A stretch of DNA of 64,000 nt from Candidatus Anderseniibacteriota bacterium (GTDB taxonomy: Bacteria > Patescibacteriota > Andersenbacteria > UBA10190), in the NCBI GenBank assembly GCA_021414205.1, contig JAIOOW010000003.1:300365-364364 (forward strand). Reading direction: 5' to 3'. The notes under the pieces were generated by a model, which searched no databases, had not been told where the DNA came from, and saw only the letters and a program-made list of their open reading frames with translations. The translations under genes and the position numbers were made by a program. Below are positions 18,678-28,416 of the stretch, piece after piece (within the stretch, counting starts at the first letter, position 1; each line of letters opens with the position of its first letter).

Positions 18678-19295
18678 CTAGGTGTTCAGTACGTGAGTGT
18701 ATTTCGTGAGGTTATGCAACTGCTTGTCGTTCAAATTTTTCGCTGACTCTACTGCCTGCTTGATGAGTTCGAATGAGATAGTTTCTTGAGATCCAACCGT
18801 TACTGGCTGCTTCGCGAGGTGCTTTCGAACGTAGTCTTCAATGTAGATTCTGTGTTCATTCGTTACTTGGTATCCGGCGTCGTTGCTTGCAAGGTATCGA
18901 GTAGCTGCTTTTCTGGATAATGTCGTTAAGCTATCTCCCTTTACCGCTGTTTCAATGTACGCTGAATCCGTTTTCTTTTCCTCTGGGAGAGCCTTGCTCT
19001 GATCCATGAGCGTATTCTTATCGATCGGAGCTATCGGGGTTACTGCTGCTGTTGCTCCTCCTGTTACCTTGCCATCCTTTGCTATAGGTGATGTACTTGC
19101 TGTCGGTTGTGTGGATGCTTCTGGTGTAGGTGTTGCCGTTTCAATCGCTACTTGCTTTTGGTTATTTCCTGAAAATGCGTAGATTGCTGCGATTACGATC
19201 ACTACGATAATAATTGCAGAAACGGTACGTGGGGATTCTTTCATACGCTCGACGAATCCGCTTACTTTATTTTCTTCTTGTGGTTCGTATTCCAT
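18678..19295 (-). CDS. Membrane-anchored hypothetical protein with LysM-like C-terminal domain
   Basis: N-terminal TM, Pro/Thr linker, AVKGDSLTTLSRKA; strong SD AGGAGGTGA. Confidence 0.65.
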   Translation of the reverse strand: MEYEPQEENKVSGFVERMKESPRTVSAIIIVVIVIAAIYAFSGNNQKQVAIETATPTPEASTQPTASTSPIAKDGKVTGGATAAVTPIAPIDKNTLMDQSKALPEEKKTDSAYIETAVKGDSLTTLSRKAATRYLASNDAGYQVTNEHRIYIEDYVRKHLAKQPVTVGSQETISFELIKQAVESAKNLNDKQLHNLTKYTHVLNT

Positions 19296-19383
19296 AAGTG
19301 TGTTTCACCTCCTGTATAGTTAATAGTTAATCCCCCTCAATGTCTTATACTGTAAACTGTTCTCGCGAACAATTCTAGGCAAG

Positions 19384-20151
19384 TCAATGTGGATAACCGG
19401 AAATAATTTTTGGAAATATAACAACGGCATTCCATATTCTCGCAATTCTTTTCGGTTCTAGTATCAAGCGCCATAGCCATTCAAGATGCGCTGTACGCAT
19501 CCATTTTGGCGCGCGAGGTAATCTGCCTGATATCATAGCAAACGCCCCGCCTACGCCGATTGCAATGCGAATGCCGGCTTGCTCTAGTTGTGTTCTACGT
19601 CCTTCTACCCAAAGCGTTTGTTTTGGAGCTCCGAGCGCGACGAAGATGGCTGCTGGGTTAGTTTGTAGCTCATAGCTTGTAGTTTCTAGAAAGCTATCGT
19701 CGAGTGGAATAACTTCTAGATTTTGATATTTTTCTTTCAGTATTTCTGCTGTTTTGTTTTTGTCGCTCTCTTCCCCGCCGATCAAATATGCGATGCCGTG
19801 TTGTTGTGCCAAGTTCTCGCAAATTAGAAATATGCTATCAACGCCCGTTAGAGGCTGTTCTTTTGTAAGGAAGAAAGAAAGCAGGCTGGTTTTACTACGG
19901 GCATACTGCCTTGCCCACAGTATTCCTGCGCTATCTGGAATGATTAGTTCTGCGTGCTGGATTGCTGTTTTAAATACATTATCTTTTTGGGCGAGCACAA
20001 TCATTTCTGCGTTCAGCGTAATAATATGGGTTAATACATTGTCCTGTAGGGCGTCTTTTGTCGTTTGGGCGTATGCAGGCTGGGATAAAAAATCGCACGG
20101 TACTCCCGCGATATATTCACGGTGTGACGGGGATTGTTTCGATGACTGCAT
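19384..20151 (-). CDS. WecB/TagA/CpsF family glycosyltransferase
   Basis: TLNAE, IPDSAGI, VALGAPKQ, GVGGAF, RAPKWM..LEWLWRL..EPKR. Confidence 0.9.
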   Translation of the reverse strand: MQSSKQSPSHREYIAGVPCDFLSQPAYAQTTKDALQDNVLTHIITLNAEMIVLAQKDNVFKTAIQHAELIIPDSAGILWARQYARSKTSLLSFFLTKEQPLTGVDSIFLICENLAQQHGIAYLIGGEESDKNKTAEILKEKYQNLEVIPLDDSFLETTSYELQTNPAAIFVALGAPKQTLWVEGRRTQLEQAGIRIAIGVGGAFAMISGRLPRAPKWMRTAHLEWLWRLILEPKRIARIWNAVVIFPKIISGYPH

Positions 20152-20641
20152 AGTCTTGGTGTATCACGAGCTCAGATAAGCTGAATTTTGTTTTTACTGG
20201 GGTGTCCGGAATGGAGAGCGGCTGTGTTTCTGATTGTATATTCCCTATATGAATATGAGGAATGAATTCTTGTGTAGCATCCTCGGACAAGCCTATTCTA
20301 GACTCTTCTATACGTCGCAGGAGTTCTTTTCGTATCGTATGTAAAAACGATTGGTCTTGCGCGTATGCCCACAGCTCGTTTCCTGACTTGCCAAGGCCGA
20401 TCGATAAAATATTTATAACAGGATGAAACGATTGCCGAATTGGCTGATTTAAAGTGGCGAGTTGCTCTGAGGTTAGTGTTGTATGGCTAAGCGTTGCTAT
20501 TTCACACATCCAATGCTCCTGAGGGACGCTCGTTTCGAGTACGTCCTGATATGCTCTCATAGCATCGCGAATGGGAGCGATAGCCTGCGTCGGTATTTTA
20601 AACGCGATACAAACGGTCATATATGCGTTAAGAATACGCAC
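20117..20641 (-). CDS. 2H phosphoesterase / 2'-5' RNA ligase-like protein (degenerate)
   Basis: FIPHIHIG second motif and overall layout; first HxT motif absent; start may be 20620. Confidence 0.55.
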   Translation of the reverse strand: MRILNAYMTVCIAFKIPTQAIAPIRDAMRAYQDVLETSVPQEHWMCEIATLSHTTLTSEQLATLNQPIRQSFHPVINILSIGLGKSGNELWAYAQDQSFLHTIRKELLRRIEESRIGLSEDATQEFIPHIHIGNIQSETQPLSIPDTPVKTKFSLSELVIHQDYAVIETIPVTP

Positions 20642-20677
20642 ATTGCGTTATTTATGCCAGAACGTACTGTAAAGAAT

Positions 20678-21199
20678 ATGAGTGGTCTGTATTCTAAAAT
20701 CGCAAAGCAATCCGCGGAGTACTATGCCAAAACTGGCGAATATTTGGCGCTATCTATACAGCTGCCTCAAGAGCTGCTCCGACAAAAGGCATGTTATGTC
20801 GTTATCGGAGAGGAGCCTGGGCATCACATACGTTCAATATACGGAAGCCCCCTTCCTAATACGCCAAATTTGGCGCAAGAGATAATCCGCAATACGGTTA
20901 ACGCTATTATTCAGCAAGGCGTGCAAATTCGCCCGGCGGATGCGGCGCGCTATACGTATACCGTGGGCGTATTAGGATTCATGGAACGAATTACCAGTAG
21001 AGAGCATTTAATGCCGTTGGTATATGGTCTGTATATCCGTTCCGATATGAACAAGTCCGCAGTATTATTACCCAGAAGAGTCGGCATAGAAACTCCAGAT
21101 GAGCAGATTGCCACCGCTATCCGTGAAGCGAGGATCGATCCGCATCATGAAGTGGTGACGATGTATCGCTTCCCTGTGATGTTTTATGGCGGGCAATAA
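20678..21199 (+). CDS. AMMECR1-domain protein
   Basis: KACYV, GSPLP, YGLYI, AVLLP, EQ.ATA.REA.I, MYRF.V. Confidence 0.75.
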   Translation: MSGLYSKIAKQSAEYYAKTGEYLALSIQLPQELLRQKACYVVIGEEPGHHIRSIYGSPLPNTPNLAQEIIRNTVNAIIQQGVQIRPADAARYTYTVGVLGFMERITSREHLMPLVYGLYIRSDMNKSAVLLPRRVGIETPDEQIATAIREARIDPHHEVVTMYRFPVMFYGGQ

Positions 21200-22796
21200 A
21201 AAAGTTAGATATGTTGCAGTTGCTCCGTGTGTTCCGTTAGGAAGACGCGGGCAAGATTCGTATACGTATTATGTTTCGTCAGAGGATGAGATAGATTTGG
21301 GCTATGTTGTGAAAATTCCATTTGGTAAGAGATCTATTATGGGTGTAGTTACTGCGCTTGATTTGCAACGTCCGAGTTATCCGACAAAACAAATAAAGAC
21401 TATAACAGCCGTTCAGCTTACCGATACCCAAATGCAGTTTGCGCAATGGCTATCTGATGCATGCCATGGCGGATTCGGGTTTACTGCGCGCCTATTCCTT
21501 CCAGGGTCGTTTACAAAGCTTGCAAGCAGCGCACGTATTCCTGTGAAAAAAAAGAAAGAAGGAAAGCCTATGGTCATTATAGAAAAAAATTCTGTTTTAC
21601 GACTCGAGGTAATCGCCCAGTATGCGCGCAAGCATTCGTCAGCTGGCGGACAAGTGCTTATTTTGGTTCCGGAAGTTGCAATGCTGTCTGTATACGAAAA
21701 ACTGTTTGCACCTGAAATACGCAACAGCACTGCAATGACATATCATGCAGGATTGCTGCAATCCGAGAAAAAAAGCGTATGGCAAGCAGTCGAATCTTCG
21801 GATTGCAGAATAATAATTGGAACGCAAAAGGCATTGTTCTTGCCGTTTTATAATCTTACAAGTGTCGTTGTAGATGAAGAGCAATCGGATAGCTACAAGC
21901 TTTGGGATCAGTATCCGCGCTTGCATACGGTTGCGGGCGCGCAACTGTTGGCGCACATCTCTCATGCTTCCCTGCTATATGCTACGGCCTACCCATCGTT
22001 ATTTCTTCGCCACGCAATTGCAGAAAACACATGCGAGGTTATAGTAGACAATCCTGTAATTCCAAAAACACATATCTATCCATTTTCGTTTGAAGATAGA
22101 AAGTGGAAACGAGCTATTCCTGAAGAGCTCGGCAATAAAGCGCGAACATGGGCACGGTCCGGAAAGCATGTCTTGATCCTGTTCAATAAAAAAGATGATG
22201 TTGAGTTGAAAAAAAGCTTATTCAGAAAGCTTTCTGCGATTGCAAAAAAACATATGCATATCGGGACGGTCGGTATACTTACTCATCCTCCGCGCACTCA
22301 GTTTGATTATGTTGTATGGCTATTCCCGGAATGGACGCTTCGCGCAATTGATTATCGTTCTGCTGAGCGGGCGAAAATAATGTCTGCCAGGTTAGCGGAA
22401 TTTACGAAGAATGCAGATGTATATATAGGATCCAGGTATGCGGATATAGCAAAAGATTTGTTCGGGGTGCCTGAGAAAGCATGGGGGGAAAAAGCGCTCA
22501 AGCAGCGAAAGCGATTTCACTTGCCTCCTTATTCCCAACTTGTTCGCCTGACTGTTCGCGATAAAACGAATGCAAAAGCATATGGGCGGGCATTGGACAT
22601 GCGTGGCGTGTTTGACGGCGCTATAAAAAAGAAAAAAGATATAACCGTTTACGGTCCGTACCAAGAGCTAGGCGCCAAGAAAAAGCAAATATCCGATTAT
22701 CACCTTCTTCTATCTGGCGATATAAAAAAACTTATTCCCTTATATAAGAAATTACCTGTGGATGCTGCAGATGTGATGCCATATAGAGTGGTGTAA
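21186..22796 (+). CDS. priA: Primosomal protein N'-like, shortened and degenerate
   Basis: N-terminal YTY..V.IPFGKR, LILVPE, IIIGT..ALFLPF, VVDEEQ..SYK, C-terminal RKRFHLPPY. Confidence 0.75.
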   Translation: MAGNKKVRYVAVAPCVPLGRRGQDSYTYYVSSEDEIDLGYVVKIPFGKRSIMGVVTALDLQRPSYPTKQIKTITAVQLTDTQMQFAQWLSDACHGGFGFTARLFLPGSFTKLASSARIPVKKKKEGKPMVIIEKNSVLRLEVIAQYARKHSSAGGQVLILVPEVAMLSVYEKLFAPEIRNSTAMTYHAGLLQSEKKSVWQAVESSDCRIIIGTQKALFLPFYNLTSVVVDEEQSDSYKLWDQYPRLHTVAGAQLLAHISHASLLYATAYPSLFLRHAIAENTCEVIVDNPVIPKTHIYPFSFEDRKWKRAIPEELGNKARTWARSGKHVLILFNKKDDVELKKSLFRKLSAIAKKHMHIGTVGILTHPPRTQFDYVVWLFPEWTLRAIDYRSAERAKIMSARLAEFTKNADVYIGSRYADIAKDLFGVPEKAWGEKALKQRKRFHLPPYSQLVRLTVRDKTNAKAYGRALDMRGVFDGAIKKKKDITVYGPYQELGAKKKQISDYHLLLSGDIKKLIPLYKKLPVDAADVMPYRVV

Positions 22797-22844
22797 ATAA
22801 AAAAGCCCTCGGGATTGCTTGTCGCATATCCGGAGGGGTGAGGG

Positions 22845-23615
22845 TTAGTTGTCGGATGCTCCAGGTGGATTCGATAAAAGAAGCGTTGCAAGAAGCGATC
22901 CGAATATATCCATCGATTGGAGGGATCTGCCAAGGGCTCTGCGCATGTTTTGCAGCAATTCTTTTACCGACCATTGTTGCTGTTGGGCCGAAAGTGCGCA
23001 TCTTGAGTATACGGTCGCCCATGCCTCAAGGAATGATCGTTGTTCTGAAATCATTCCTCTGCAAATCTCCGCGATGTCCTCTCCGTATTCATCAATTGAT
23101 GGAAGTGCCTCGTTATTTGGTGAGTAAGGAATTCTTGGCGGGAGCGAGATGTGTGTAAATGCGGGAGGCAGAAGTCTGGTTAGTTTTCTTATTTTTCTCA
23201 CCACTTCTTTCCAAGCTACTGAATACCAATTTATCCAGTCCTCAGGACGGCATAAGTCGTCCTCTAGGAAAGTGAACGTGGCATGCGCTTCTCCCCACAT
23301 TTTGCCTCCGCTCAGTTCGTATCTGCCAATCCAGTAGGATTGGTCATCGAACTGAGCGTGGAATCGGTATGCAATTGGCTCTGCGTGATAAGGCGGATTC
23401 CCGATATATTCTTTGATAAAGCCTCTTCCTTGCTCGGGATGATCAGTGATTGCTGATAGTTTTGCTAATCCATTTTCGTCAATCATGAAGCCTCTGTATT
23501 GTGCTCCTGCGCATTCGCGGAACAATATTCCTTGATACCAGTATCCTTGGATTCCTTTCGCGGGACAAAGTTGAAAGTACAGTCCGGTAATCTGGATTAC
23601 GTTGCCAGTAATCAT
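22845..23615 (-). CDS. Hypothetical protein (ORFan)
   Basis: Long ORF; TGGACA-N17-TAATTT right after murB stop; AGGA SD; terminator at about 22797-22838. Confidence 0.6.
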   Translation of the reverse strand: MITGNVIQITGLYFQLCPAKGIQGYWYQGILFRECAGAQYRGFMIDENGLAKLSAITDHPEQGRGFIKEYIGNPPYHAEPIAYRFHAQFDDQSYWIGRYELSGGKMWGEAHATFTFLEDDLCRPEDWINWYSVAWKEVVRKIRKLTRLLPPAFTHISLPPRIPYSPNNEALPSIDEYGEDIAEICRGMISEQRSFLEAWATVYSRCALSAQQQQWSVKELLQNMRRALGRSLQSMDIFGSLLATLLLSNPPGASDN

Positions 23616-23694
23616 TTTACGGTTCCTGAAAAGGTGGTGTGTTGGCTGAACGGCGTTGTCTAAAATTAATGCTTTGTACGCTTTTTGTCCAGTT

Positions 23695-24732
23695 CTATAG
23701 AACAACTATTGGCTCGAGCTGTAATTGAATTTTAAATTGTTTCTGCACTGCGGTTTGGATGTGTTTTGAAAAATCTAGCAGCTCTTGTGTTGTCCCCCCA
23801 CGATTTACTAACGCTAGGCTGTGGTTTTCTGAAATGCCAACATTTCCTTGTCTCATGCCTTTCGAGAATCCAGAATGCTCGATAAGCCATCCAGCAGATA
23901 ATTTCACGCAATTATTTTTTTCAGGAAAATTTGGAATGTCGCTTTGAGCGAGTGTGAGATTTGCAACAAATTCCTCGGTGCTAATAATGGGATTTGTAAA
24001 AAATGAACCGCACGAAACGCTATTCGGGTCTTGTGGATCTATCAACATTGATTTCTTTTTACGCAAAGCGAGTACGGCATTGCGAACTTGCTGCAGCCCC
24101 TCTTTGCCCGGTTGAATTGTTGTGCCGACGGTAGATGCTAATTCTGGATATTTTATTTCTCGAGCTTTGTTGATTTTAAGCTCAAACGCTACGGCCGTAA
24201 TAATATACTTGTCCTTGTCTTCTGCTCTAAATCTGCTTGTGCGATATCCAAAGTTGCATTCTGAATTTGAAAATTCGACTTGCTCAAGGGTATCTCTATT
24301 AATAGCAAAAACTGATTTGATAGTTTGCGAAACATCTTGGCCGTATGCGCCTACATTTTGAAATGGCGTTCCACCTACAGAGCCTGGAATGCCAGATAAA
24401 CACTCGATGCCCGCTGCATTATGGCTAATTGCATATTGCACAACATTGTCCCAATCCTCCCCTGCTTGGGTGGTCAGAATAAAATCATCGCCTTGTTGTT
24501 CGTGAGTAATTCCCGATGTCTGAATATGAATAATAAGCCCGGAAAATCCTGCATCTGCAAAAATCGTATTACTTCCGCCGCCCAACACGTGTATGGGGAT
24601 GTTTTTTTCTTTTGCGTATTGTAACGCAGAAATAATATCTTGATTTGTGTCGCAAGAAATATATTCTTGCGCAGGCCCGCCAAGTTGAATTGTTGTTAGC
24701 GGAGCAAGTTGAATATTTGTTTGGATATTCAT
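23695..24732 (-). CDS. murB: UDP-N-acetylenolpyruvoylglucosamine reductase
   Basis: LGGGSN, GIPGSVGG..QNVGAYG, FGYRTS, GSFFTNP, HSLALVN, LEP. Confidence 0.96.
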   Translation of the reverse strand: MNIQTNIQLAPLTTIQLGGPAQEYISCDTNQDIISALQYAKEKNIPIHVLGGGSNTIFADAGFSGLIIHIQTSGITHEQQGDDFILTTQAGEDWDNVVQYAISHNAAGIECLSGIPGSVGGTPFQNVGAYGQDVSQTIKSVFAINRDTLEQVEFSNSECNFGYRTSRFRAEDKDKYIITAVAFELKINKAREIKYPELASTVGTTIQPGKEGLQQVRNAVLALRKKKSMLIDPQDPNSVSCGSFFTNPIISTEEFVANLTLAQSDIPNFPEKNNCVKLSAGWLIEHSGFSKGMRQGNVGISENHSLALVNRGGTTQELLDFSKHIQTAVQKQFKIQLQLEPIVVL

Positions 24733-24861
24733 AGAGTAACTATGTTCGAAAGCTGGTATTTATGCAAAGAAAAAACCCGCTGGAATGATGTATTTCTACA
24801 CTATTCCAACGGGCTACCGCGATTGATAGCATTGAGGGAGTTTGCTGATCAATCAACGATT

Positions 24862-25263
24862 TCAGCGATGGTGGTGATACCCGCCGCGGAATCCGCGAGC
24901 GCCATATGGTTGGTATCCGTATCCGCCGCCGTATCCATAGCCTCCGTAGCCCCTGTTTGAGAGTGCTACAATGGCGGCTGATGTTACGAGTGCTTGACCG
25001 ATTGGCATTGGTCGACCATAGCCTCCGTACCCCATGTTGCCGTAGCCGTATATGGGGCCTGGCGGAACGTATCCACCACTTCCGACATATACGCCGTTAG
25101 GGTACAAGACGCCGGTGACGGATCCATTCGGGCCGTACGATGCTTGCGGACTGGGTGTCCAAGCAGCAGCGCCGTAGCCGCCGAATTGTGCCTTCGCCTG
25201 CTGCGCACTTCCACACAAAATGATCCCAATGGCCATTACAAATAACAAGCTGCACCATCGCAT
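24862..25263 (-). CDS. Secreted Gly/Tyr-rich low-complexity protein
   Basis: Signal peptide ending AKA-Q; GYG repeats; own promoter, boxA-like motif, AGGAG SD, terminator 24771-24813. Confidence 0.7.
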   Translation of the reverse strand: MRWCSLLFVMAIGIILCGSAQQAKAQFGGYGAAAWTPSPQASYGPNGSVTGVLYPNGVYVGSGGYVPPGPIYGYGNMGYGGYGRPMPIGQALVTSAAIVALSNRGYGGYGYGGGYGYQPYGARGFRGGYHHHR

Positions 25264-25285
25264 GATGTGTCTCCTAAAGACAACC

Positions 25286-25359
25286 TCTGCAAAGAACTTA
25301 TATAGCTACGACGTAGCTAACCGTTCGAAAATTGTACGCCTAATGATGGAAAATGTCAA
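25286..25359 (-). promoter_or_regulatory. TTGACA-N17-TACAAT promoter, hairpin and boxA-like GTTCTTTGCAGA
   Basis: -35 at 25354-25359, -10 at 25331-25336, TAGCTACG-T-CGTAGCTA palindrome, motif at 25286-25297. Confidence 0.7.
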
Positions 25360-25365
25360 ATCTAT

Positions 25366-25992
25366 TTACCACCACCAGCCCAGGCTGTAGATGCGGTATC
25401 CTGCTCCGGACCATGACCATGGAGCACCAAAGGTGCTAAAGCCTGCGCCGTAATTACCTGTTGTAGTTACGTGGTTATACGTATTTCCTACAAGCATTGG
25501 AGAACCCGAGAACCCAGCACCATAGTTGCCTGTATATGCAATTGATCCAGTGCTGCCCGTATTAAAATCTGGGGCGCCATTAAATGCAGCACCATAGTTG
25601 CCCTTTTCAGCGCTTGAAGAAACAGTACTTGCATCAAAGTCTGCAGGGCCGGTAAACGCTGCGCCGTAATTATCTTTATTTGCTTTATTATCTACTGTCT
25701 TGGTAGAGAATGTAGGAGCTCCGGCAAACGCAGCACCGTAGTTACCTTGCGAAGATGCTTGCTTATTTGGCGTTGTTGCATGAGAAATAGCAGGTGCGCC
25801 GGCGAACCCAGCACCATAGTTTCCTTGATTTACATTGATTTGTGTCGTGGTGAACTCAGGATTGCTTGGAGACGGCCAAAACCCTGCTCCGTAGTCAGCC
25901 TCGCTCGCAAATGAAGCGTTTGGCAAAACAAGCGCAAGTGCGCTAAATACGCCAATTACGGCTATTTTTGACACTGTTAGGGCAATTTTCAT
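25366..25992 (-). CDS. Secreted protein with seven [ND]YGA[GA]F repeats
   Basis: Signal peptide (ASFA); about 24-aa period; ends GWWW; TTGACA-N17-TATATT promoter 6 nt before ATG. Confidence 0.8.
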   Translation of the reverse strand: MKIALTVSKIAVIGVFSALALVLPNASFASEADYGAGFWPSPSNPEFTTTQINVNQGNYGAGFAGAPAISHATTPNKQASSQGNYGAAFAGAPTFSTKTVDNKANKDNYGAAFTGPADFDASTVSSSAEKGNYGAAFNGAPDFNTGSTGSIAYTGNYGAGFSGSPMLVGNTYNHVTTTGNYGAGFSTFGAPWSWSGAGYRIYSLGWWW

Positions 25993-26077
25993 AAATTCAA
26001 TATACTCCTATATTAAATATTTGTCAAGTACATTCGTACAAATAAAGAACACCCCATTTGGGCGCCTCTCATGTAAT

Positions 26078-26551
26078 TTATTGTCCCGTCGCAGGTGTTA
26101 TTTTTAAAGGCAAGTTGGTAATAATTCCGTCCGGGCGCAAAACCTGCATATTATATTGCCCTGGCTGAATAGTGGAGATGTTCCAACAGCAATACTCGTT
26201 TTTCCCAGGATCGAGCGTAATGGTATCTGGAGAAAGCGGAATAATATTAAGTTCCGTGTCGCGTATACGTACGCTTACAGTAACGGGACTTGTTACCCCG
26301 TCAGACGTAGTGCCCTGGAGCATGATTAAGTCTTTTGTGGTGTAGTCCGACTTCTGCTTGATTGGAGGATTTTTCTGAGTCGCAAATGATTCTCGCACCA
26401 CGGTTCCTATTCGTAAGTCAGAAAACACTGGGCCGTTGTATGCAGAATTTTGCACCGTCGGCGCTTGGAGCGGGCGTTGGAACGCATACCATACTCCCGC
26501 AATAAAGATGATGATTACAGTGATGATGATGGTGATAAGTTTCTTGTTCAT
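26078..26551 (-). CDS. Membrane-anchored hypothetical protein (possible Ig-like domain)
   Basis: N-terminal TM; QPGQYNMQV. Confidence 0.65.
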   Translation of the reverse strand: MNKKLITIIITVIIIFIAGVWYAFQRPLQAPTVQNSAYNGPVFSDLRIGTVVRESFATQKNPPIKQKSDYTTKDLIMLQGTTSDGVTSPVTVSVRIRDTELNIIPLSPDTITLDPGKNEYCCWNISTIQPGQYNMQVLRPDGIITNLPLKITPATGQ

Positions 26552-26552
26552 A

Positions 26553-27542
26553 TTATTTTCTTTTTATTACTTTTTTCACGGCAGCTTCTATTGCTGGCGC
26601 ATCCATGCGATATTTTTTGAGGAGTTCATCAGGTGTTCCGGATTCGCCAAAGCTGTTGTGCATGCCGACGAACTCAATAGGCACCGGAACCGTTTGCGCT
26701 ACGACTTCCGCAATAGCACTCCCCACTCCGCCCATTATTTGATGTTCTTCAACAGTGACGATTGCCTTACACTTCTTTGCTGCTTTTTCGATTGCGTCAT
26801 GATCGATTGGTTTAATGCTTGGCATATTAATCACCTCGCAAGAAATTCCCTGTTTTTCTAATTCTGCAGCTGCTACTAACGCAGAGTGAATAATTGGTCC
26901 GGCACCGATAATGGCAACATCTGTCCCCTCCCTGAATATTTGAGCCTTACCGATTGCAAACGGAGTGTTTTCTGACGTGAATTTTGGCGTGGCATTTCTT
27001 CCCAGGCGGATATATACCGGACCTTTTGCAGTAATTGCCGCATGGATTGCTTTGCGCGCTTCCTCTGCATCGCACGGTACAAGCACTGTCATTCCTGGTA
27101 ATGTTCTAGTGAGCGCAATATCCTCCATCGCCTGGTGAGTCGCTCCATCAGGTCCTACAGAAATGCCTGCATGCGCGCCGATAAAAATAATATGAGCCTC
27201 GTTATAGCATGCGGAGATGCGTATTTGGTCCCAGTTTCTTCCTGGCGAAAATACGGCGTACGTTGCAACGAATGGAATTTTCCCATTGAGCGCCAAGCCC
27301 GTTGCAACCACCGCCATGTTTTGTTCTGCTACTCCCATTTCGATAAATCGATTTGGAAATGCGTCTTTAAATCCTTGGCTTCGCGTAGATTCTGTTAAGT
27401 CTGCGCACAGTACCACGACGCTTTCGTCTTTTTTCCCAGTTTCGACAACACCGATGCCGTATCCGTCTCGAGTTGCAGCCATGGGCACGTCTTTGTGCAA
27501 TGTTGATGGCGATAAATGTGCGTCTTTTGAAAAATTGCTCAT
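26553..27542 (-). CDS. Transketolase, C-terminal (pyrimidine-binding) subunit
   Basis: GVAEQNM, GPDGATHQ, GPVYIRLGR, TVEEH. Confidence 0.93.
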   Translation of the reverse strand: MSNFSKDAHLSPSTLHKDVPMAATRDGYGIGVVETGKKDESVVVLCADLTESTRSQGFKDAFPNRFIEMGVAEQNMAVVATGLALNGKIPFVATYAVFSPGRNWDQIRISACYNEAHIIFIGAHAGISVGPDGATHQAMEDIALTRTLPGMTVLVPCDAEEARKAIHAAITAKGPVYIRLGRNATPKFTSENTPFAIGKAQIFREGTDVAIIGAGPIIHSALVAAAELEKQGISCEVINMPSIKPIDHDAIEKAAKKCKAIVTVEEHQIMGGVGSAIAEVVAQTVPVPIEFVGMHNSFGESGTPDELLKKYRMDAPAIEAAVKKVIKRK

Positions 27543-28393
27543 ATGTCGGATGGAGTTATTTTATCGCCAAGACTTCTTAGTTGCTTGAGCGCTTCTTGTG
27601 CTTGCTCTTTATTGGGCGGATTGCCATGCCACTGGTATTGGTATTCCATAAAGTCCACGCCTTTTCCCGCAATCGTATGCGCGATAATGCATACCGGCTG
27701 CTCAACAATCGCCTTTGCTTCATTGCATGCAGAAATTATTTCCTCAAAATTGTGCCCGTCGATTTCAATGACGTGCCATCCGAATGCTTCATATTTTTCT
27801 TTAAAATTTTCTTTGCGCATCACGCTTTCTGTTGGACCATCTATTTGAATATTGTTTCTATCAATGATTGCAGTTAAATGCGCCAGCTTATAGTGGCCCG
27901 CAAACGCAACTGCTTCCCACGTGGACCCTTCATCGTGTTCCCCGTCAGATAACAGCGCATATGTTTGGTATGTTTGATTATTGATCTTCCCTGCATAGGC
28001 AGCTCCACATGCAATGCCTAATCCTTGCCCTAAGCTTGCCGCAGAACTTTCAATTCCGGGAGTCGTTAATCTATCAACGTGGCCCTGCAGTCTTGTCCCT
28101 AATTTCCGTAACGTCTTTAATTCTTCAACGGGAAAATATCCTGCGCGCGCAAGTACGGCATACCATACCGGAGCGGTGTGTCCGCACGAGATATGTAATC
28201 GATCTCGGTCTGGATCGTGCTTTTTATCTGGGCTGGTATTTAAAACATTGAAGTACAATGCTGTTGCAATGTCTGCCAAATCTAACGGGCCTGCGCTGTG
28301 GCCCGAACCGGCCTCTACCAACATCGCAATAATATCTTTCCTGATAGTATTTGCCATGCGCTCTAGATCTTCGCGTGTTGTGAGCTTTTGCAT
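27539..28393 (-). CDS. Transketolase, N-terminal subunit
   Basis: GSGH, DRDR..SCGH, LQGH, SDGE.DEG..WEA, D.NNIQIDG. Confidence 0.93.
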   Translation of the reverse strand: MQKLTTREDLERMANTIRKDIIAMLVEAGSGHSAGPLDLADIATALYFNVLNTSPDKKHDPDRDRLHISCGHTAPVWYAVLARAGYFPVEELKTLRKLGTRLQGHVDRLTTPGIESSAASLGQGLGIACGAAYAGKINNQTYQTYALLSDGEHDEGSTWEAVAFAGHYKLAHLTAIIDRNNIQIDGPTESVMRKENFKEKYEAFGWHVIEIDGHNFEEIISACNEAKAIVEQPVCIIAHTIAGKGVDFMEYQYQWHGNPPNKEQAQEALKQLRSLGDKITPSDI

Positions 28394-28416
28394 TGCTCGT
28401 AAGTATACCACGGCTT

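Noticed and set aside
19388..19396. Perfect DnaA box TGTGGATAA
   Set aside because: A single copy inside the glycosyltransferase 3' end, compatible with chance
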